64,000 bases of DNA from Nitrospirota bacterium (GTDB taxonomy: Bacteria > JACPQY01), in NCBI GenBank assembly GCA_016180645.1, contig JACPAV010000005.1, forward strand, positions 62,001-126,000, written 5' to 3'. The position numbers were made by a program, and so were the translations under genes. The first letter of the stretch is position 1, and each line of letters opens with the position of its first letter. Under the pieces are notes generated by a model. It was not told the origin of the DNA and searched no databases. It saw only the letters and a list, made by a program, of their open reading frames with translations. Positions 18,979 to 29,309 of the stretch are shown piece by piece.

Positions 18979-19446
18979 TCAAATTATTGACGGATGTGGA
19001 TTCTCGATGCGGATTCGTCGACCTTCGGCGGCGTAGTCGATCCGGACGCGCATGCAGTCCGCGGGAAGATGGGCCTCGGCCCGCTCCGCCCATTCGACGA
19101 CCACGATCGCACCCGCGTTCAGGATTTCATCCAGACCGATCGACGCCAGTTCGCGTGGGGTTTCCGCGCGGAACAGATCCACGTGAATCAGTGGTCCCCG
19201 CTCCCCGGTTTCATGCCGGTGGACGAATGTGAAAGTGGGGCTCGTAATCGTGGCTGGATCCAGTCCGAACGCGCGGGAGATCCCCTTCACGAAGACCGTT
19301 TTCCCTGCCCCGAGCGGGCCAGTCAGCGCCACGACCTGCCCCGGCCGGAGGGCACGACCCACCTCCTCGCCGAGAGCCATGGTTTCCTCGTCGGTCTGGC
19401 ACGACCGGTCAGCGCCGGGCGGCGCAAGAGCTTCATGGCCTTTCAT
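18979..19446 (-). CDS. tsaE: tRNA threonylcarbamoyladenosine biosynthesis ATPase
   Basis: LTGPLGAGKT, TSPTF, HVDLFR and VEWAE. Confidence 0.93.
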   Translation of the reverse strand: MKGHEALAPPGADRSCQTDEETMALGEEVGRALRPGQVVALTGPLGAGKTVFVKGISRAFGLDPATITSPTFTFVHRHETGERGPLIHVDLFRAETPRELASIGLDEILNAGAIVVVEWAERAEAHLPADCMRVRIDYAAEGRRIRIENPHPSII

Positions 19447-21010
19447 TTCGCCGTCCTCGGAGCGGAGCGTAGGGGGCACGGCTTGTTTCGATTTCCTTGA
19501 ACACCGTGGGGAGAAATTCCACAAGATCCATCGCCACGAGTGCGATCTGCCCTTTCGATTCCGCGGCTACGTCGCCGGCCCATCCGTGGAGATAGGCCCC
19601 CGCGCGAGCCGAATCAAGAGCCGAGAATCCCTGAGCTAGAAGTGAACCGATCACGCCGGTCAAGACATCACCCGTTCCGCCCGTCGCCATACCCGGATTC
19701 CCCGTTGGGTTGATGTGGGCCACTCCTTCGGGCGTCGCCACAACCGTGCGGGCGCCCTTCAGCAGTACGACCACGCTGTGTTTCCTCGCGAACCCTACCG
19801 CACTTTCGATCCGGTTGGCCTGCACCTCCTGCGTGGTCGAATGCGAAAGCCTCGCCATTTCACCGGGGTGCGGCGTGAGCACCGTCGACGCCTTCCGCCG
19901 CTCGAGAATATCGGGCCGGTCCGAGAGCGCGTTCAGTCCATCTGCATCGACCACGAGCGGAGACTGCAGCGAGGCGACAAATTCGCGGCTGAACGCGGTG
20001 GTCTCCTCGCTCCACCCCAATCCGGGTCCCAAAGCCACCGCATCTTTCCCTCTCGAAGCCTCCAAGGCGGCAACGGCGGACTCACGGCAAAGCTCCCCGC
20101 CCATCTCCGGAAGGGCCACGGACATCGCTTCGAGCACCAGCGTGTGAAACCCCAGTTCGGCGCTCTCCGGAACACCGGCCGTGACGAGGCCGACGCCCGA
20201 CCGGATCGCGGCGCGCGCCGCCATGGCGATCGCCCCCACCTTTGATCGCGAACCTCCAACGAGGAGGAGATGCCCGTAGTCCCCCTTGTGGCTCCCCTCA
20301 GGCCGTTTCTTAAAGAGTTTGCGCATCTCCGCTCCGGTGGTCATTTCGATCGACGACGGTTCGGAGGCCAAGGCTTCCGCCGGAAGACCGATGTCGACCA
20401 CCTCCACGCTTCCTGTCTGCTCGGCCCCCGGGAAAAGAACGTGTCCGCATTTCGGCAGGCCCAAGGCCACGGTCAGATCGGCGCGGACGGCACATCCCAT
20501 GATCTCGCCGGTGGTGCCGTTGACGCCGGAAGGGATGTCGATGCTGACCACCGGCCGGTCCGAAACGTTGATCGCGTCCACAGCGGACGCGAATCGATCC
20601 GCCAAGGGTTGTGAGAGGCCGGTTCCGAAAATCGCGTCCACGATGAAATCAGCGTCAGCGAGGTCCGCGTCCGTCAAGGGGGCCCGTTCCACCGCTCCTC
20701 CGGCTTTTTTCCAACGCTTCAAATTGACGAGCGCGTCTCCGCGGATCTCCGGGGCATCCGCCAGGAGCCGCACACGCACCCGCGCTCCACGGGATTTCGC
20801 CAGCCGGGCCACCACGAAACCATCTCCGCCATTGTTTCCCTTGCCGCAGATGACGACGATTTTCCTCCCCCTGACCGTTCCCCACCTACGCTCAACAGCC
20901 GAGATCACCCCGGCTCCGGCGTTCTCCATCAGCTTCAAGCCCGGAATCCCGAGTTTCCGGATCGCCATATCATCGATCCGGCGCATTTGTTCGGAGGTGA
21001 CGACTTTCAT
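19433..21010 (-). CDS. nnr: Bifunctional NAD(P)H-hydrate epimerase/dehydratase
   Basis: LMENAG, CGKGNNGGDG, DIPSG, HKGDYG, TPHPGEMARL and MATGGTGDVL. Confidence 0.95.
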   Translation of the reverse strand: MKVVTSEQMRRIDDMAIRKLGIPGLKLMENAGAGVISAVERRWGTVRGRKIVVICGKGNNGGDGFVVARLAKSRGARVRVRLLADAPEIRGDALVNLKRWKKAGGAVERAPLTDADLADADFIVDAIFGTGLSQPLADRFASAVDAINVSDRPVVSIDIPSGVNGTTGEIMGCAVRADLTVALGLPKCGHVLFPGAEQTGSVEVVDIGLPAEALASEPSSIEMTTGAEMRKLFKKRPEGSHKGDYGHLLLVGGSRSKVGAIAMAARAAIRSGVGLVTAGVPESAELGFHTLVLEAMSVALPEMGGELCRESAVAALEASRGKDAVALGPGLGWSEETTAFSREFVASLQSPLVVDADGLNALSDRPDILERRKASTVLTPHPGEMARLSHSTTQEVQANRIESAVGFARKHSVVVLLKGARTVVATPEGVAHINPTGNPGMATGGTGDVLTGVIGSLLAQGFSALDSARAGAYLHGWAGDVAAESKGQIALVAMDLVEFLPTVFKEIETSRAPYAPLRGRRNERP

Positions 21011-21062
21011 GGGGTGAGAGGCGAGAGGTGAGAGGCGGGAGACGTCGGGAGAATGAGGAGCG

Positions 21063-21446
21063 TCATGACACTTCCAAAATGATCTCGGCGAAGGCCATTT
21101 TGTCCGTGTGTGACAGGGAGAGATGCGCCCCGCTGACTCCCGCCGCGGCGGCCTTCTCTTTTGCGCGACCGTGCAGGACCAGGCAAGGCCGACCGCCCTT
21201 CTCACGTCCGACCTCGATTTCATTCCACGCAATCCCACCCCGGAATCCGGTCCCCAGTGCTTTCACGAACGCTTCCTTGGCCGCGACCCGGGCGGCCAGG
21301 TGCTGCCCCACGTGCGCCTTCCGCTGGCAATATTGCTGCTCCCCTGGCGTGAACAAGCGGTCAAGAAATCGCTTCTTGAATTTCTTCAGCAGGCGGTCGA
21401 CGCGCTCCACTTCCACCGCGTCGATGCCCACTCCGAAGATGGCCAT
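21063..21446 (-). CDS. acpS: Holo-ACP synthase
   Basis: GVGID, AAKEAFVKALGTG and LSLSH. Confidence 0.95.
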   Translation of the reverse strand: MAIFGVGIDAVEVERVDRLLKKFKKRFLDRLFTPGEQQYCQRKAHVGQHLAARVAAKEAFVKALGTGFRGGIAWNEIEVGREKGGRPCLVLHGRAKEKAAAAGVSGAHLSLSHTDKMAFAEIILEVS

Positions 21447-21477
21447 TATGGCACTACAACATTTCTTCTGGGCCGCG

Positions 21478-21534
21478 GTAAGGGAGCAGCTTTAGCTGCT
21501 CCCAAGCAGGGAGGACCTGAAGGTCCTCCCCTAC
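21478..21534. repeat. REP family B doublet
   Basis: gggagcagctttagctgctccc ... gggaggacctgaaggtcctcccctac. Confidence 0.85.
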
Positions 21535-21558
21535 GGCATGCAGTTTTCGCACGCATTC

Positions 21559-22284
21559 CTAGCCTCCCTGTAGGATGTTTACCATTTCACGAACGGCCCG
21601 TTCGAAACCGACGAGCACCGCCCTCGCCACGATGCTGAAACCGATGTTGAATTCGCGAATTTCCGGGATCTCCAGTACCCGCTGGGTATTCTGATAGTCC
21701 AGTCCGTGGCCGGCGGCAACCACGAGTCCGGAATCCGCGGCCAACCGCGCCGCATCGCGCAGCCTCGCCCATTCCTTCGCCCGCTTTGCCTCCCCCCCAG
21801 CGTTGCAGTATTCGCCCGTGTGCAGCTCCACCATGACGGCGCCGGCCGCCTTGGAGGCTTCCACTTGCGATTTTTCCGGATCGATGAAGAGGCTCACTTT
21901 TCGTCCACCCTTGTTCAGCTTACGAACGGCACCTGAAATCGTTTTGTGGCGACCGACCACGTCCAGTCCGCCCTCCGTAGTCAGCTCTTCCCGCCGCTCG
22001 GGCACCAGCACGCAGAACTCCGGTTTGGCCGCCAACGCAATGCGGACCATTTCATTCACAGCGGCCATTTCCATGTGGAGCTCCGTCTGCACGGTCTGGC
22101 GGAGCAAAGTAAGATCCCGGTCTTGGATATGCCGCCGGTCTTCTCGGAGATGTACGATGATGCCATCCGCCCCGGCCAGTTCGGCCAGCGTGGCGGCGGC
22201 AACGGGGTCGGGGTATTTCGCCCGCCGCGCCTGGCGGACGGTGGCGACATGGTCGACGTTGACGAAAAGTTTTCTGCGCGTCAC
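21559..22284 (-). CDS. pdxJ: Pyridoxine 5'-phosphate synthase
   Basis: [29 protein letters not shown] and AGHGL. Confidence 0.96.
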   Translation of the reverse strand: MTRRKLFVNVDHVATVRQARRAKYPDPVAAATLAELAGADGIIVHLREDRRHIQDRDLTLLRQTVQTELHMEMAAVNEMVRIALAAKPEFCVLVPERREELTTEGGLDVVGRHKTISGAVRKLNKGGRKVSLFIDPEKSQVEASKAAGAVMVELHTGEYCNAGGEAKRAKEWARLRDAARLAADSGLVVAAGHGLDYQNTQRVLEIPEIREFNIGFSIVARAVLVGFERAVREMVNILQGG

Positions 22285-22302
22285 GTTTTCCCCCTACGGG
22301 GA

Positions 22303-23664
22303 TCACGACGAACGGACACCTATTTCCCGCTCAAGCTCGATCGCGATTTGGTGGGCGAAGGCGCGAGTGAGTCGCTCGTCCTCCCCTTCCACCAGAACGC
22401 GCGCGAGCGGTTCGGTCCCGGAGTAGCGGACGTACACTCGCCCCTTTCCGTTCAACTTCGACTCCACGTCCTTAATGGCACGACCCACGGTTGTCATCGA
22501 ATCGAGAGGACGCTTCTCGCGGACCTCCACGTTTACAAGAGTCTGCGCAAACTTCCGCATGAACTCCTTGAGACGCCCCAGGCTTTTCCCCGAACGGATG
22601 GAGATGGCCAGGACTTCCAGGGCCGTTAGAATGCCGTCGCCCGTGGTGTGCCGATCCAGAAAGACAATGTGGCCCGATTGTTCCCCACCGAGGATGATCC
22701 CGTCTTTCCGCATCTCCTCGATGACGTATCGGTCGCCCACCGGCGCCGGCACCACCCGGATGCCCTGCGCCCGCATCGCCGCTTCGAGGCCGAAGTTGCT
22801 CATGACCGTCGCGACAAACGCATTTCCATGAAGCCGGCCGCTTTGTTTGTAATCCATGGCGCAGATACCGAGCATCTCATCGCCGTTGACCACTTCGCCC
22901 TGTTCGTCCACCAGGATCACGCGGTCTCCATCCCCGTCGAGGGCGATCCCGAGGGCCGCGCCGGATTCGCGCACTTTCGCCGAGAGGGCAGCCGGATCGG
23001 TGGCGCCGCAGTGGTCGTTGATGTTCATGCCGTTGGGGGAGGCATGGATGGCCGTGACGTCCGCGCCGAGTTCGCTGAAGACCTGCGGGGCCACGCGATA
23101 CGCCGCGCCGTTGGCGCAATCGATGACGATCTTAACGCCGTTCAGCGAAAGATCCTTTGGAAAGTAATTCTTCAGAAATACGATGTAACGGCCGTTGGCG
23201 TCGACAATTCTCCGTGCCTTGCCAATTTGGGAAGGCCGAACGCGATGTTTCTCCAGCTCGTTGCTCAGAACGAGGCTCTCGATCTCGTTCTCAATCTGGT
23301 CCCTCAGCTTGAATCCGTCCGGCCCCACAAATTTGATCCCGTTGTCGTGGTACGGATTGTGGGAGGCCGAGATGATGACTCCGGCATCCACGCGCATGCT
23401 GGCCGTGAGGTAGGCCACGGCGGGCGTCGGCATTGGCCCGCACAGGAGGACGTCGGCCCCCATGGCGCAGATTCCGGAAGCCAGCGCGTTTTCGAACATA
23501 TAGCAGGAGAGCCGGGTATCTTTGCCGATCAGGATTTTCGGGTGGCGGCTGTCCCGCCCGAAGTAGTAGGAGGCAGCCATGCCGAGCTTGAGCGCCATTT
23601 CCGGCGTCATCGGGTGCTCGTTGGCCACACCCCGAATGCCGTCCGTCCCGAAAAGTTCTCCCAC
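22303..23664 (-). CDS. glmM: Phosphoglucosamine mutase
   Basis: FGTDGIRG, ISASHNP, DGDGDR, GGEQSGH and RYSGTEP. Confidence 0.96.
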   Translation of the reverse strand: MGELFGTDGIRGVANEHPMTPEMALKLGMAASYYFGRDSRHPKILIGKDTRLSCYMFENALASGICAMGADVLLCGPMPTPAVAYLTASMRVDAGVIISASHNPYHDNGIKFVGPDGFKLRDQIENEIESLVLSNELEKHRVRPSQIGKARRIVDANGRYIVFLKNYFPKDLSLNGVKIVIDCANGAAYRVAPQVFSELGADVTAIHASPNGMNINDHCGATDPAALSAKVRESGAALGIALDGDGDRVILVDEQGEVVNGDEMLGICAMDYKQSGRLHGNAFVATVMSNFGLEAAMRAQGIRVVPAPVGDRYVIEEMRKDGIILGGEQSGHIVFLDRHTTGDGILTALEVLAISIRSGKSLGRLKEFMRKFAQTLVNVEVREKRPLDSMTTVGRAIKDVESKLNGKGRVYVRYSGTEPLARVLVEGEDERLTRAFAHQIAIELEREIGVRSS

Positions 23665-23666
23665 GA

Positions 23667-24275
23667 TCAAACCAGCTTCTTGAGATACTTCCGGATGCCT
23701 TCGATCGCGCGGGCGCGGTGGCTGAGCCGGTTTTTCTCGGCCAGGCTCATTTGCGCGAACGTCTTCTTGAATTCCGGAAGAAAGAATAGCGGATCGTAGC
23801 CGAACCCGCTCCTGCCCCTGGCACGCGACAGGATCACGCCCTTCACGGTCCCGCTGGACGAGAAGACGCGGCCATCCGGCATGGCCAGTCCGACGGCGCA
23901 CACAAAATGGGCAACCCGCTTTTCCAACAAGACTTTCTTCTTGGTGAGTTCTCTTAACAATTTGCGATTGTTATCTTTTTCTGACGCGTCGTCGCCTGCA
24001 TATCTGGCCGAATGAAGCCCCGGCATTTTCCCAAGCGCCTCCACTTCCAATCCCGAGTCCTCACCGAGACAAACCATCTGAAACTTTTGACTCCCAGCCT
24101 TGGCCTTCATGACGGCGTTCGCTTCGTACGAAGAACCGTTTTCCTGCATGTCCAGGGTGCCTTCCAGCCCATTCAAACTGACGAAATTTAACGGCAAATC
24201 AGACAGTAACGCATTGATTTCACTGAATTTTCCCTCGTTACGGGTGGCAATGAGGATCGTGACGTCGTTGGACAT
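23667..24275 (-). CDS. rdgB: Non-canonical purine NTP pyrophosphatase (Ham1 family)
   Basis: ATRNEGK, DSGLEV, SARYAG, GFGYDPLF and KNRLSHR. Confidence 0.95.
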   Translation of the reverse strand: MSNDVTILIATRNEGKFSEINALLSDLPLNFVSLNGLEGTLDMQENGSSYEANAVMKAKAGSQKFQMVCLGEDSGLEVEALGKMPGLHSARYAGDDASEKDNNRKLLRELTKKKVLLEKRVAHFVCAVGLAMPDGRVFSSSGTVKGVILSRARGRSGFGYDPLFFLPEFKKTFAQMSLAEKNRLSHRARAIEGIRKYLKKLV

Positions 24276-24378
24276 ACGGACACCATTATTCAAATTTCGG
24301 GTCAAAAATCAATCGGCCAATTATCACGGCGTCAGCGCTGCGTTTCCTTGCTCGCATAATGTCGGATATGATGGCGAC

Positions 24379-25221
24379 GTGCGAAAAAGAGAAATCGTTG
24401 TTGCATCGACTCTTCTTGTGCTCACCGTTCTTTCAACTCTGTACGCGGAAGCGCGGCGGACAGGGGATACCGAGTGGTCACACCTCCTCAACCACTGGCC
24501 CTTTTCCGCCACGCTGCTCCTGATTCTCCTGACCCACGAACTGGGCCACTTCTTCACCGCCCGATATCACCACGTGGATGCCTCGCTCCCTTATTTCATT
24601 CCGATTCCCAACATCATCGGCACGTTCGGCGCATTCATCCGGATGAGATCGCCCATCTTCAGTAAGCGCGCGCTGGTCCACATCGGCGCGTCCGGACCGA
24701 TTGCCGGCATGGTCGTGGCCGTGCCCGTGCTCATCTGGGGGCTCCAACTCTCGGAAATACGTCCGCTCCCCCAGGAAACAGGGCAATACGCCATTTTCCT
24801 CGGCGACAATCTCCTTTTCGGGTGGCTTTCCGGCATGCTCGTAGGTCCCATCCCCGAAGGTTACGACCTCTACCTGCATCCCGTGGCGTACGCGGGCTGG
24901 ATCGGGCTGTTCGTCACTTCGCTCAATCTGATTCCCGTCGGGCAGCTCGACGGAGGCCACATCGCCTACTCCCTCCTGGGACGACGCTTTCGCCTCGTGG
25001 GTCTGGTCACGGTCGCCATCCTCTTCGCACTGACGTTCAAGTGGTTCGGATGGTTTGTGTGGGCTTCCATGCTTCTGCTCGTGATTGGTCTTCGTCACCC
25101 CCCGCCGCTCGACTCCATCTCGCCATTGGACGGGAAGACGAAGGCGATGGGCCTGCTGAGCTTTATCCTTTTCATCCTGACGTTTACCCCGAATCCAATT
25201 CAGCTCGTGAGGGTGGAGTAG
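24379..25221 (+). CDS. Site-2 protease (M50) family metalloprotease
   Basis: HELGH, PYFIP and NLIPVGQLDGGH; start chosen at GTG 24379, after TATGAT. Confidence 0.9.
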   Translation: MRKREIVVASTLLVLTVLSTLYAEARRTGDTEWSHLLNHWPFSATLLLILLTHELGHFFTARYHHVDASLPYFIPIPNIIGTFGAFIRMRSPIFSKRALVHIGASGPIAGMVVAVPVLIWGLQLSEIRPLPQETGQYAIFLGDNLLFGWLSGMLVGPIPEGYDLYLHPVAYAGWIGLFVTSLNLIPVGQLDGGHIAYSLLGRRFRLVGLVTVAILFALTFKWFGWFVWASMLLLVIGLRHPPPLDSISPLDGKTKAMGLLSFILFILTFTPNPIQLVRVE

Positions 25222-25242
25222 CGCCGGAGGGCCGGCTTCTGG

Positions 25243-25395
25243 CGCAGGCTAAAGCCTGTGGCCACCCGGTCGATCTGCGTGGGTTCTTGGTAGGCGCACC
25301 CTTTATGGGTGCGTCTTCGGACGCGGGCTAAAGCCCGCGGCTACCAGTATAGGAGAGCCGGCCACCCGCCGTAAGCGCACCCTTCAGGGTGCGTC
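25243..25395. repeat. REP family A cluster between convergent genes
   Basis: cgcaggctaaagcctgtg; gtaggcgcaccctttatgggtgcg; cgcgggctaaagcccgcggctac; cgcacccttcagggtgcg. Confidence 0.85.
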
Positions 25396-26215
25396 AGATC
25401 CTTGCGCGTTTGACCTCGCGGAGCGGTCGGCCGAGGAATTTCTCGGCGACGCGCCGGAAAGCTCCCCCCACATCCGTCGCAAAAATCTCCAAAGAGCCCT
25501 TCCCCGAGCCCTCCGCCAGGAGCTGCTTGTCTCCCAGAACGCTTTCCACTTCTTCCGCTACCGCCTCCGCCGAATCCACCAGCAAGACTCCGGGACCCAT
25601 CACTTTCCTGATGGTCGATTTCAAGAGCGGGTAGTGCGTGCAACCGAGAACCAGCGTATCGAGTCGGCGCTTCCGAAGTGGGAGCAGATAGCGACGGGCC
25701 GTCTCCTCTGCAATCCTGCCGGTGCTCCATCCCTCCTCGGCCAGGGCCACGAACAGCGGACAGGCCTGCGCCGTGACGCGGGCGTCCGGTCGCCTTGCGC
25801 GCAACTCCCGCTGGTACGCTCCGCTGGCCACGGTTCCGGCGGTTCCGATGACTCCGATCCTGTTCCTCACGGTCTTCAGCAGGGCCTGCTTGACTCCCGG
25901 CTCGATGACCCCAATCACGGGGAGATTGAACGTCTTCTTCATCCGATCCAGCGCGTACGCCGTTGAGGTGTTGCAGGCGATGACCAGAGCCTTGATATTC
26001 CGGGAGGTCAGGAAAATGGTGCTTTCGACGGCGTAGCGGATGACCGTTTCGCGGGATTTCGTGCCGTAGGGAACGCGCGCCGTGTCCCCCAAATAGATTA
26101 GGCGCTCCTTCGGCAGGCGTTCGTGAATGGCCCGGAGTACGGTGAGGCCGCCCACGCCGGAATCGAACACCCCGATGGGCCGCGAATCACCGGAGATTGG
26201 GGACGTTCTTGACAT
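25394..26215 (-). CDS. murI: Glutamate racemase
   Basis: FDSGVGG, PYG, IACNT and LGCTHYP. Confidence 0.96.
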   Translation of the reverse strand: MSRTSPISGDSRPIGVFDSGVGGLTVLRAIHERLPKERLIYLGDTARVPYGTKSRETVIRYAVESTIFLTSRNIKALVIACNTSTAYALDRMKKTFNLPVIGVIEPGVKQALLKTVRNRIGVIGTAGTVASGAYQRELRARRPDARVTAQACPLFVALAEEGWSTGRIAEETARRYLLPLRKRRLDTLVLGCTHYPLLKSTIRKVMGPGVLLVDSAEAVAEEVESVLGDKQLLAEGSGKGSLEIFATDVGGAFRRVAEKFLGRPLREVKRARI

Positions 26216-26234
26216 TAGACTTTACCTCGGCCGT

Positions 26235-27026
26235 TCACGTTCGGGGGTACTCCACTTCTACGAGCGCGAGCCCCCGCGCCGGAGCTGTTCGGCCCGCTTT
26301 CGACCTCTGTTTCTTCTGCACAATTTCCCGGATCCGCTCAGGCTCCATTCGCCCAAGGCCGACCTCCATCAGCGTGCCTACGATCACGCGCATCATCTGC
26401 TTCAGGAACCCGTTCGCGGTCGCTCGGACTCGAACGACGCTCCCTTCCCGATCAATCTCAATACGGCTCAGGTCCCGCACCGTCGTCTTGACCGAGCTCC
26501 CCACGTTTCGGAACGCGGCGAAATCTTTTCGACCCACGAGCGCGGAGGCGGCCCGCCGCATGGCCTCCACGTCCAACGGCATGGGCACGTGCCAAACGTA
26601 GCGTCGATCCCTCAGCGGACGCTTCGGAGCATTCCAGATCGCGTATTCGTAGGTCTTGGCCACGGCCGACTTGCGCGAGTGAAAATCGGGACTGGCCTCC
26701 GCCACATCGTGAACGACGATATCATCCGGGAGTACCGCGTTCAGTGCCCGCCGAAGGTCATCGGGTTTCATCCTCGAATGCGCATCGAAGTGACTGACGT
26801 GGCAGTTGGCGTGGGCGCCGGCGTCGATTCGGCCGCACCCGGAAACCCGCACGGGCTCGCCCAGCAGCTTTTGCAGGCTTTCTTCAAGCACGCCTTGCAC
26901 GGTACGTCTCGCTTTCTGGATCTGCCACCCGGAAAATTCGGTTCCGTCGAAGGCCAACGTCACCCGGATCCTGCGCTCCGCTTCTCTTATCCGAGAAGCC
27001 TCGCCGTCCCCTTCGCTCCGCTTCAC
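26235..27026 (-). CDS. truA: tRNA pseudouridine(38-40) synthase
   Basis: FDGTEFSGWQ, GRIDAGAHA, GFLKQMMR and TAPARGL; GTGA overlap with hemB. Confidence 0.93.
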   Translation of the reverse strand: MKRSEGDGEASRIREAERRIRVTLAFDGTEFSGWQIQKARRTVQGVLEESLQKLLGEPVRVSGCGRIDAGAHANCHVSHFDAHSRMKPDDLRRALNAVLPDDIVVHDVAEASPDFHSRKSAVAKTYEYAIWNAPKRPLRDRRYVWHVPMPLDVEAMRRAASALVGRKDFAAFRNVGSSVKTTVRDLSRIEIDREGSVVRVRATANGFLKQMMRVIVGTLMEVGLGRMEPERIREIVQKKQRSKAGRTAPARGLALVEVEYPRT

Positions 27027-28027
27027 GGACGGCGAGACGAGCCGGCGTGAAGACTTTTCGCCGCTTCCGGGGCGAAATACGTCAGGATCATGTCCGCCCC
27101 CGCACGACGAATCGCCGTCAACATCTCCAACATCACGCGTTCCTTCTCGATCCATCCCTTCGCCGCAGCGGCTTCCAGCATGGCGTACTCTCCGCTCACG
27201 CTGAAGGCAGCCAGAGGCAGGTCGAATTTCTCCCGAGCCCTCCGGATAATGTCCAAATAGGCCAGAGCTGGTTTGACCATCAGAATATCCGCGCCCTCCT
27301 CAACGTCCAACTCCATTTCCCGCATCGCCTCGCGGGCATTGGCCGGGTCCATCTGGTACGCCCGCCGGTCTCCGAATTGGGGAGTCGATTCCGCCGCCTG
27401 GCGAAACGGGCCGTAGAAGGCCGACGAAAACTTTGCGGCGTAGCTCATGATGGCCACTCGTTCAAAGCCGCATCCGTCCAGCGCCTTTCGTATGGCTCCG
27501 ACGCGTCCGTCCATCATGTCCGACGGGGCCACGATGTCCGCCCCGGCCTCCGCGTGCGAAACGGCGACGCGGGCTAGGATCTCCAGCGAGGGATCGTTGA
27601 GAATCTGAAATTCCCTGCCCTTCCTCGCCACAATGCCACAGTGCCCGTGGGAGGTGTACTGGCAGAGGCAGACGTCCGTGATAACGCAGAGCCCCGGAGC
27701 CTTCGACTTAATGTCCGCCACCGCCCTCTGGACCGATCCGCTTTTCGCGTAGGCTTCGGTCGCCCGTTCGTCCTTCCGGCTGGGAACACCGAACAAGAGC
27801 ACGCCGGGAATGCCGAGCTTTTCGGCTTCCTTCGCCACGCTTCCGATCTTGTCCACCGAGTAGCGAAACTGGCCGGGCATGCTGGGAATGGGCCGCTTGA
27901 TGCTTCGACCCGGCTCAACGAAAAGGGGGTAGATCAGATCCGAGGGTGAAAGGCGCGTCTCGCGGACGAGCGTCCGGATGGACTCGCTCGACCGGAGCCG
28001 TCTCAGACGGGTGGTGGGGAAGGCCAT
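27023..28027 (-). CDS. hemB: Porphobilinogen synthase
   Basis: DVCLCQYTSHGHCG, SDMMDG, FYGPFR and MVKP. Confidence 0.97.
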   Translation of the reverse strand: MAFPTTRLRRLRSSESIRTLVRETRLSPSDLIYPLFVEPGRSIKRPIPSMPGQFRYSVDKIGSVAKEAEKLGIPGVLLFGVPSRKDERATEAYAKSGSVQRAVADIKSKAPGLCVITDVCLCQYTSHGHCGIVARKGREFQILNDPSLEILARVAVSHAEAGADIVAPSDMMDGRVGAIRKALDGCGFERVAIMSYAAKFSSAFYGPFRQAAESTPQFGDRRAYQMDPANAREAMREMELDVEEGADILMVKPALAYLDIIRRAREKFDLPLAAFSVSGEYAMLEAAAAKGWIEKERVMLEMLTAIRRAGADMILTYFAPEAAKSLHAGSSRRP

Positions 28028-28029
28028 TT

Positions 28030-28113
28030 TCAGCTATCAGCCTTCAGCCATCAGCTCTCAGCCTTTCAAGCACTTCTTTTCTTGCTGACGGCTGATCGCT
28101 GACTGCTGACCGC
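28030..28113. repeat. Heptamer tandem repeats in inverted arrangement
   Basis: (TCAGCnn)x5 then (GCTGAnn)x4, separated by a spacer. Confidence 0.8.
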
Positions 28114-28116
28114 TTG

Positions 28117-29265
28117 CTAATTGATCTCCTGAATCAAGCTCCGCGCGATGACCATTCGTTGGACCTGCGACGTGCCCTCGTAGATCTGCGTCACCTTCGC
28201 ATCCCGCATGAGCTTCTCGACGGGGTATTCCTTTGAGTAGCCCAAACCGCCGTAGATCTGAACCGCATCGATAGCCGCCTTCATGGCCACGTCGGACGCG
28301 AAGGCCTTGGCCATCGAGGCCAGCTTCGAATTCCGTTGGTCATGGTCGATCAGCCAGGCCGCCTTCAGCGTCATCAGGCGGGCGCCTTCGATCTGCATCC
28401 CCATGTCCGCCAACATGAACTGGATGGCCTGAAACTCGGCGATCGGCTGTCCGAACGCCTTGCGCTCTTTGGCATAGCGCGTGGAATACTCCAGCGCCGC
28501 GCGCGCGATGCCCACCGCGCCGGCGGCCACGCCGGGACGCGTCCGATCAAATGCCTTCATCGCGATCTTGAACGCCTCGCCCTCGGCACCCAGGCGGTTT
28601 TCCGCTGGAACCTGGACATCCTCGAAACTGATCTCCCGTGTGTCGGATGCTCTTTGGCCCATCATGTTTTCCTTCTTGCCGACCGTGATCCCCTTCAGCT
28701 CCTTCGGAACGATGAACGCCGTCATCCCCTTGTGCTTCTGGGATTTGTCCGTGTACGCGAACACGACGTAGTAGCTCGCGAGACTCGCCCCCGTGATGAA
28801 TCGTTTAGTCCCGTTCAACACGTACACGTTTCCTTTCTTGACCGCTGTGCTCTGGATACCCGCCACATCCGAGCCGGCCGCCGGCTCGGTAACGCAGTAG
28901 GCGGCCAGCATAAGTTTTTCGGTCAGCGGCCTGAGCCATTGTTTCTTCTGCTCATCCGTTCCCGCCACAAGGATCGGCTCCATGGCCAGGTTGGTGATGT
29001 TGAGCGTCGCATGAATGCCCATGCAGGCGGCGCAAATTTCTTCGGCCACGATGCAGTCCTCGATGGAACCGAGTCCCAGCCCTCCGTATTCTTTCGGAAT
29101 GCGATAGCTGACCAAGCCCAGTTCCCAGGCCTTCTTTGCAACGTCCATGGGGAACACGCCTGTTTCATCGGCCTGGGGAGCGCGCGGGAGAACTTCCTTC
29201 TGCGCAAATTCGCGCGCCAGGCCCCTCAATGCTTCTTGTTCCGGGGTAAATTCAAAGTCGATCAT
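28117..29265 (-). CDS. Acyl-CoA dehydrogenase
   Basis: TEPAAGSD, NGTKRFIT, GQRASDT and RDAKVTQIYEGTSQ. Confidence 0.96.
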   Translation of the reverse strand: MIDFEFTPEQEALRGLAREFAQKEVLPRAPQADETGVFPMDVAKKAWELGLVSYRIPKEYGGLGLGSIEDCIVAEEICAACMGIHATLNITNLAMEPILVAGTDEQKKQWLRPLTEKLMLAAYCVTEPAAGSDVAGIQSTAVKKGNVYVLNGTKRFITGASLASYYVVFAYTDKSQKHKGMTAFIVPKELKGITVGKKENMMGQRASDTREISFEDVQVPAENRLGAEGEAFKIAMKAFDRTRPGVAAGAVGIARAALEYSTRYAKERKAFGQPIAEFQAIQFMLADMGMQIEGARLMTLKAAWLIDHDQRNSKLASMAKAFASDVAMKAAIDAVQIYGGLGYSKEYPVEKLMRDAKVTQIYEGTSQVQRMVIARSLIQEIN

Positions 29266-29273
29266 AGGGGCGG

Positions 29274-29301
29274 AGTTTATCCGCTCACCTCATTCTGTCA
29301 A
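29274..29301 (-). promoter_or_regulatory. Sigma70-type promoter, near-leaderless
   Basis: TTGACA-16 nt-TAAACT, 8 nt before the ATG. Confidence 0.65.
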
Positions 29302-29309
29302 GGGCGATC